Below, piece after piece: positions 8,983-14,797 of a DNA stretch of 14,797 nt. The stretch spans positions 1 through 14,797 of the forward strand of contig NW_021825745.1 in NCBI RefSeq assembly GCF_006345805.1, read 5' to 3'. Below the pieces are notes generated by a model. That model was not told the DNA's origin and searched no databases. It worked only from the letters and a program-made list of their open reading frames with translations. This stretch comes from Octopus sinensis (lineage: Eukaryota). Position numbers and translations under genes: made by a program. Positions within the stretch are counted from its first letter, which is position 1. Every line of letters starts with the position of its first letter.

Positions 8983-9190
8983 TCTTTTATTTGTTTCAGT
9001 CATTTGACTGCGACCATGCTGAAGCACCGCCTTTAGTCGAGCAAATCGACCCCAGGACGTATTCTTTGTAAGCCTTGTACTTATTCTATCGGTCTATTTT
9101 GCCGAACTCCTAGGTTACGGGGACGTAAATACACCAGCATCGATTGTCAGGTGATGTTGGGCGTGGGGACAGACACAAACACACAAACAT

Positions 9191-9264
<74 letters not shown>

Positions 9265-9436
9265 ATATATATATACGACGGGTTTCTTTCAGTTTGCATC
9301 TACCAAACCCACGCACAGGGGTTTGGTCGCCTCGAGGCTATAGTAGAAGACACTTGCCCAAGTTTTCATGCAGTGGGACTGCAGTTGGAACTATGTGGCT
9401 GCGAAGTAAGCGTCTTACCACACAGCCAAGCCTGCA
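8983..9436 (-). mobile_element. Near full-length tRNA-derived SINE family B (Octopus OR-type/CORE-like) with internal (TG)n
   Basis: Minus strand: TGGCTGTGTGG A box, decayed B box, CTTGGGCAAGTGTCTTCTACTATAGCC (CORE-like start), internal (TG)n at 9180-9270, then GATAGAATAAGTAC...CCTGGGGTCGATTTGCTCGAC...CAGTCAAATGACTGAAAC and an AAAAGA-type tail. Collinear with 12292-12780. The family name is from memory. Confidence 0.85.
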
Positions 9437-9989
9437 AAGATTTTAAATCCGCTGTATTACATGTTTGAGATAGATTGGCTCTGTTGAATGCACGTAAGAA
9501 CATCCTCATCTTGAGTTCAGACATCACCCGTCCAGCCATAGTTCACTCTCAATGACAAAACATCATGCTTCGATGAATACGTAACTACACTTCCTCTTCC
9601 CCGTCCCCTTACTCCTACGTTTCCTCCACCTTTTCTTTTTCTTTCTCCTCGCCCCACTCCCCTTCTATTCTTTTTCTTCATCCTGCTGCTGCTTCTTCTA
9701 CTGTCCCTTCTCCTACTTCGAGTTGTACACATCACGTTGGTCTATGTGCTAACTATAGCTGTTATTCACTGTTTCGATTATGGATTATGGACAATGCACA
9801 TTGGCTGCAACGGTTCAGACTCCATTCTACATTCCAGCTAGAATATCGACATCCAATTCTCAATTTATTATAGTTAACATAGAAAAGAAAAATACTTACG
9901 TGACAATACTTACACTACGTCGGCGTAAAGAATAGATAACGACTAAAAATCGTAATCTATATGGAAAAGTCTACATATTCTTATATAAT

Positions 9990-10080
9990 TGTATATACAT
10001 GCATATATATATATATATATATATACATGTATATATGTATGTATATATATATATATACATACACACATGTAATACATATA

Positions 10081-10125
<45 letters not shown>

Positions 10126-10460
10126 CACACATATCTATCTATCTATATATATTTATAATATATATATACAAATATATATATATATATACATATACATACA
10201 TATATATACATAAATATATACTATATATATATATATAGGTATATATATATATATATATAAATTATATATATATATATATATATGCATATATGTTAATAAT
10301 ATATATATATGCATATGTGTATATATATTTGCATGCATATATGCATACATATATATAAAAATACATATATGCATATTTATACTCGCATACAGATATATAC
10401 ATATGCACGTGTACGCACACACATATACAGACACACTCTTACAAAACACACATATATATA
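9990..10460. repeat. Compound (TA)n/(CA)n low-complexity tract
   Basis: Interrupted TA runs with CATA, TGTA and CACA variants. Confidence 0.95.
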
Positions 10461-10919
10461 CATGAAGGATTTACATATGTTAACTAAACACCAAAAAGAA
10501 AGAAAACTATGTTCTGCTCTCTCAGCATAATGAATAATGAAAACAAAACAAGAATCTATAAAATTTGCCAAAGACTTTCTCTTTCTCTTCGGGAGTAAAA
10601 AAAAAAAAAATTAAATACATATTTCTTGAGAGTGGATTAACTCTTATCTCCCACACTTAAAAATAGACTCGCAGTTAATGATACACTGCACCTGAAGAAC
10701 GCAGATAATAAATATTTCTGTCTGTTGTATTTGTATTATTGACACCAGCGTTTGTAGCATATACCTCTACTAACTAGAACTACTATGAAACTTTTCTACT
10801 ACTAACAATCGATAAATAAAAAAAAACTTCAGTACAAAAGCACTTGCTGTTGCAGTTACTTTTATATAACCTTTACCATGTACATATTACACAGCTGGAA
10901 GATATGAATTTATCGCTCA

Positions 10920-10922
<3 letters not shown>

Positions 10923-10991
<69 letters not shown>

Positions 10992-10995
10992 TATA
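10923..10995. repeat. (TA)n microsatellite
   Basis: Nearly pure TA run. Confidence 0.97.
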
Positions 10996-11248
10996 ACGGA
11001 CTGCATTACGTAGCTACCACGAAGTTAGTTTAGTAGTTATTTTGTGTTCAGAAAATATGGCGAGATTGCATTAACAGTGAAATATAGTGTGCCTCTCCAC
11101 TCAACATTGCAAAAGCTATGGCAACTACCCTTACCTCTCAGCTATTCTTTAACAATAAAATAGGTTTTAGTTTAATCGATTAAGTGCGTAGTTTGCTTTA
11201 ACCTATGTAATCATGATTTGCTTTCGTTTACTGCAGTTGTATGCGAAT

Positions 11249-11390
11249 GCGTACGGCCTAGTAATTAAGCTGTTGGGTTTACGATCAAAAGGCGGTAATT
11301 TCCCTTCCTGCACCAGGTGGCGCGTTGTAATCATGATCAGGATATTGCCTTTCATCTTTCTCCTGTCTATTCAACTTAAAACGAATGACT
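11249..11390 (+). mobile_element. Heavily decayed tRNA-derived SINE head (third family)
   Basis: CGGCCTAGTAATTAAGCTGTTGG (A-box-like, compare TGGCCTAGTGGTTAGG), a degenerate B box near 11297-11310, then GCGTTGT..CATGATCAGGATA (compare GTGTTCTTGAGCAAGACA). Confidence 0.4.
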
Positions 11391-11538
11391 GCTTAGTGCT
11401 GTTGTGGCCTTTTCTCTCTCCAATTGTTGAGTCCTCAATCCATTTGTTTGATCAAAGCTTGGTGAGCAACGAGAGCGTATCTAAGTGTGCTCGCGACTAT
11501 ATATGCATTTAAAACATCTAGCGAAAGCATGGTATATA

Positions 11539-12061
11539 CAGGGCGCAGCAGAAGTAACGCCTTTTTGTATTTGAGTTTCCTACTTTCTAATTGAGTCATT
11601 TTTTATTTCCTAAAACTCCTGCGATTTTTTTCATTTGTTTATTATTCGTTTCTTTAAGCAAAGCAATAAATTTGTGTTCAATAAAAAAAATTACTTAAAA
11701 ATTTATATACTACTAGCAGTATCGCCCGGCGTTGCTCGGGTTTGTAAGGGAAATAACTATATAATCATTTTAGAGAGTTACTTCTCTTATATAGTAGCAA
11801 AAAAAATGAATTAAAAATGGGAAAAAATGATGGCAATTTTTTTTTTAAATCGTAGACTCATCGTAGACGCGCGCTAATACCCAGAAGGGCTCGATATGAA
11901 TCACGACTATAAGATACCCGGTTTTGGTTAAACTGCACCGCAAAATGTGGGAGTAGTTACGAATCTAAATCGTAGAAGACAGACACTCACACAACTTCAC
12001 TTTTATATATAAAGATAAAAGCTATTAAATGCAGAACGGACGCTACTTCTGCCGCACCCTG
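11539..12061. mobile_element. Tc1/mariner-type MITE (220 bp once the nested Helitron is removed)
   Basis: 21-bp TIRs: CAGGGCGCAGCAGAAGTAACG (11539-11559) vs reverse complement of 12041-12061, CAGGGTGCGGCAGAAGTAGCG (18/21 identical, all mismatches transitions). TA on both sides (11537-38, 12062-63). No ORF. Confidence 0.85.
11713..12015 (-). mobile_element. Non-autonomous Helitron (303 bp)
   Basis: The minus strand starts TC (TCTTTATATATAAAAG at 12015) and ends CTAG (11713). The hairpin CCCG-A-GC-AAC-GC-CGGG (11725-11740) lies 8 nt before CTAG. Inserted between A and T with no TSD. Confidence 0.85.
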
Positions 12062-12291
12062 TATATTAATAGGTAATACACGCTTCTCGGTGACACAGGT
12101 TTTTCCTTTATTGTTGCTACAACAACTCGCTTTGAAAATTGTTGACTGATTTAAAACGTATTGCTTCCATTACATTATGAAGTAGAAATCATAGTGCCAA
12201 GAGTTTATTCCCGTTGAAGCATCTTATCGGTAAAAATTAAGCTTCTTGTTTTACAAGGACTTTTTATTTAACACGAATTATTTATCTTTAA

Positions 12292-12515
12292 TCTTTTAGC
12301 TTTTACCCGTTTCAGTCATTTGACTTTGACCAAACTGGAGCGTTGTCTTGAAGGATTTAGTCAAAGAAATCAACCCCGGTATATACTAACTGTAGTACTT
12401 ATTCTATCGGACTGTTTCCTGAAGCCCTACGTTATGGTGACGTAAACCAACCTAACTCTAACCCTAACCCAGGTTTTCAAGCTGTAGTGAGGAGAAGCAC
12501 AAACATTCCGATCCC

Positions 12516-12585
<70 letters not shown>

Positions 12586-12780
12586 CTCTCTCTCTCACTC
12601 ACACACGCATACACATACAGACATATACACACAGCTAACTCCCACACTGTTTTCGTCTACCAAATTTGTTGAGCCTGGAGTTTTAGTAGAAGGCACTTCC
12701 CTTAAGTGACGCGCAGTGGAATTGAACTAAACACCATGTGAATGCAAAGTGAGCTTTCTAAACATACAGCCGTGCCTGCA
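12292..12780 (-). mobile_element. Second near full-length, more decayed SINE family B copy with internal (TTTC)n(TC)n
   Basis: TTTCAGTCATTTGAC (12310), GTACTTATTCTATCGG (12395), CTACCAAA (12657), TAGTAGAAGGCACTT (12685) and CAGCCGTGCCTGCA (12767) are all collinear with 8983-9436. Confidence 0.8.
12518..12630. repeat. (TTTC)n then (TC)n then CA-rich microsatellite inside the SINE
   Basis: Directly visible. Confidence 0.95.
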
Positions 12781-12849
12781 ACTATTTATGAATTGCTTTT
12801 AGGCTCTAACTAAATTGCTGTAGGTATTTTTGTAAGAAGCTCTCACAGA

Positions 12850-13700
12850 AAATATGAGGCCTTGGGATCTGTCCCAAAGCGATAACTTGGGAAAGTAACT
12901 TCTAACAGCCTCAAACCTTCGAATGCCTTTTAATCAAAATTTTATAGCCAGATCCTGTGTGGAAATCCACTGGAAGGAATGTTTCAGTTTGTGAGTGGCA
13001 CATTTAGTCCGTCCTCTAGATTTTTCCACCTATCCTTACGTGTAATCTGCTTTCAGTAGGTTGAATACTATAAGATCCCCCTTAAGTTTGTCTAGGATTT
13101 ATAATTTAGCTCTTGTGCAGTTTTGTACATGGTGGAATCTTAATCCCTTTCACAGGAACTGACCACGAATCTTACATCTGTCAACTTGTTCTAGATGTGC
13201 CACACATCTGGCTGTTATGCTTTCAAGAGCCACTGACGACATTGAGGTCTTAATTTTCTATCTCAATCCTCGTGCATGTGAGTGGTGATGTTCACTATAC
13301 AGCAATCCTTCCCAGATTTCTGATAATATCTACTTAGTTTGGCTCACTAGCCGACGTGAGGAACCGTAGTGTGATCGTCGGTGTGCGTTACCGACTTCTA
13401 TGAACCATAAGATAGTGCTATGTAGTCGTTGAAGACCTGCGCTTTGGTTCATGTCTAGAACTAAGCGGCTGATAAGTTTACAACTGTACATCTCCTTACC
13501 TTCTACTTGATCATTCAAGCAATGACCTTCTATCTGAGGATAACTTTGGCATTTCCTCGCACCACTCTCCGGTCTATTAGAAAAATTACTGTCGCTATCC
13601 TTCCTCTTTTAACCGAGAGATACTAAGCGGCACGCTCATATAATGAAATGAAGTATGTTGAATCAAATACCTTATCCAGCGATGGAATGTAAACTCTTAA
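12850..13700 (-). mobile_element. Decayed CR1-clade LINE, RT and C-terminal region
   Basis: Minus-strand motifs appear in the expected order: 'LDKVFDS' (13679-13659; KAFD motif), 'FLIDRR' 32 codons later in the same frame (13583-13566; FL.DR), 'LRPQ', 'LEQVDR' (13194-13177; LERVQR), 'KGL', 'KGDLI' (13083-13069; RGDLI) and 'THKL'. Many stops; YADD is not clearly identifiable. May extend to ~14200. Confidence 0.65.
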
Positions 13701-14698
13701 ACTCTGAAAGTAAAGTTTGATAGTTAATCTGTTCCAATATTTCGCCTCACTAACTTCTATCTACAAAATTAAGCTGGAGACCTTCAACAAAATTTCTCAT
13801 TAGTTAATCAATGACCAGTTGAGTGCCAATCTGATAAAGCACCGGGAAGAACTGGTAAATTATTTAACAAGATGGAATCAAGAAAATTCCACATCTTAAT
13901 CTCAAATATTAATCTAGGCGAAGTAGGAACGTCTTTTGTCTTTTCGAAATATCTGTAAAGTTATTTGCAGCAATTAGAATGTAATTCTTCAACGGGATAG
14001 ATTTATTGGTAATTTCTCAATCTGAGCCCTAAATCTCTTCCTAACTGCTAAGCATAATTTTATTAGAGTTTTGATTCTTATCGATAGAATTATATCATGT
14101 AAATGAGAAGACATAAAAGAAGACACGCAAATCAGATCCGTTCTTAAATGTGATAGCGAAAACCGTGAGTGTTGCAATGATAGGTTTCTAAACAGATATA
14201 ATAGAAGAGCTATTTAGAAAGAGTGTAATGATTATGTGATATCAGAACTCATTATAACTGCACTGAGACAATGCTTCTCGTTTATAACTTTCTTCAACAC
14301 ATGTTCCGTTTATTATATCGCTGTCGATGTTTTAGGAGATTCTGACACTAATCAAGCTGTAGCTGTGTGTGTGTACGCGCGTGTGTGTGATTCCGAGTCC
14401 CTGGTAATGCATTTGGATTAATCCTAAATCTAAATGTTATATATTATCTCTAAGAGAATAAACAACGCAGATTTCCTTCAAGTAGGTTGTAATACACAAG
14501 TGCGAAGATGCAAGATGAAAATATGTCGCTAAAATACTTGGATCATTCTCTGGATGAGGTAATGACAAACCATGTAACATTTTATGATAGATTTTCCTTT
14601 GCTATATTTGTGTGTAAACCCAACGGAACCTCAAGATTTGAACTGATCATTAAAACACCTATTGGTGTATTCGTTTGTCAATATAAATTGGCGAGATT

Positions 14699-14726
14699 GG
14701 CCTTGTGCCAAACTTTGAAACCAATT
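14699..14726 (+). mobile_element. Ultra-short 3' tail of SINE family A between direct repeats
   Basis: GGCCTTGTGCCAAACTTTGAAACCAA matches the family A tail (7521-7545 GGCCTGGTGTCAAAATTTGAAACAA). Flanked by TAAA(T/G)TGGCGAGATT at 14684-14698 and 14727-14741. Confidence 0.55.
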
Positions 14727-14797
14727 TAAAGTGGCGAGATTAGTGCACAGAAAATAGAAATTTAAAAGGGAAATATTCTGCTTTAGTTTTAATAAGG

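Noticed and set aside
9891-9960. Minus-strand micro-exon with two perfect GTAAGTAT donors 14 nt apart (AATACTTAC x2)
   Set aside because: The candidate exon is only 29-43 nt with a weak acceptor and no recognisable peptide. It cannot be supported without RNA-seq junction reads.

Overview
AT-rich, repeat-dense, non-coding animal DNA (intron or intergenic). The tRNA-headed SINE families, (TA)n/(CA)n/(CTTC)n microsatellites and decayed LINEs resemble coleoid cephalopod repeats, most likely Octopus. That assignment is from recognition of the repeats, not from a search. I found no host protein-coding exon. Every long ORF in the supplied track is a translation of a microsatellite (HT/CV, YI, PSFL/KEGR, poly-Y/T/S/V) or a decayed retroelement. 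Contents: decayed RTE-like and CR1-like LINE fragments; copies or fragments of about four SINE families; a Tc1/mariner-type MITE with a non-autonomous Helitron nested inside; a ~470-bp foldback element; and simple repeats covering roughly a fifth of the window. The most interesting signals are (i) a minimal hammerhead-ribozyme-like motif of the Penelope/retrozyme dimer type on the minus strand at 2443-2480, apparently mutated, (ii) the long foldback hairpin at 8418-8888, and (iii) a conserved GTCGA-N5-TCGAC stem-loop shared by two otherwise different SINE families.
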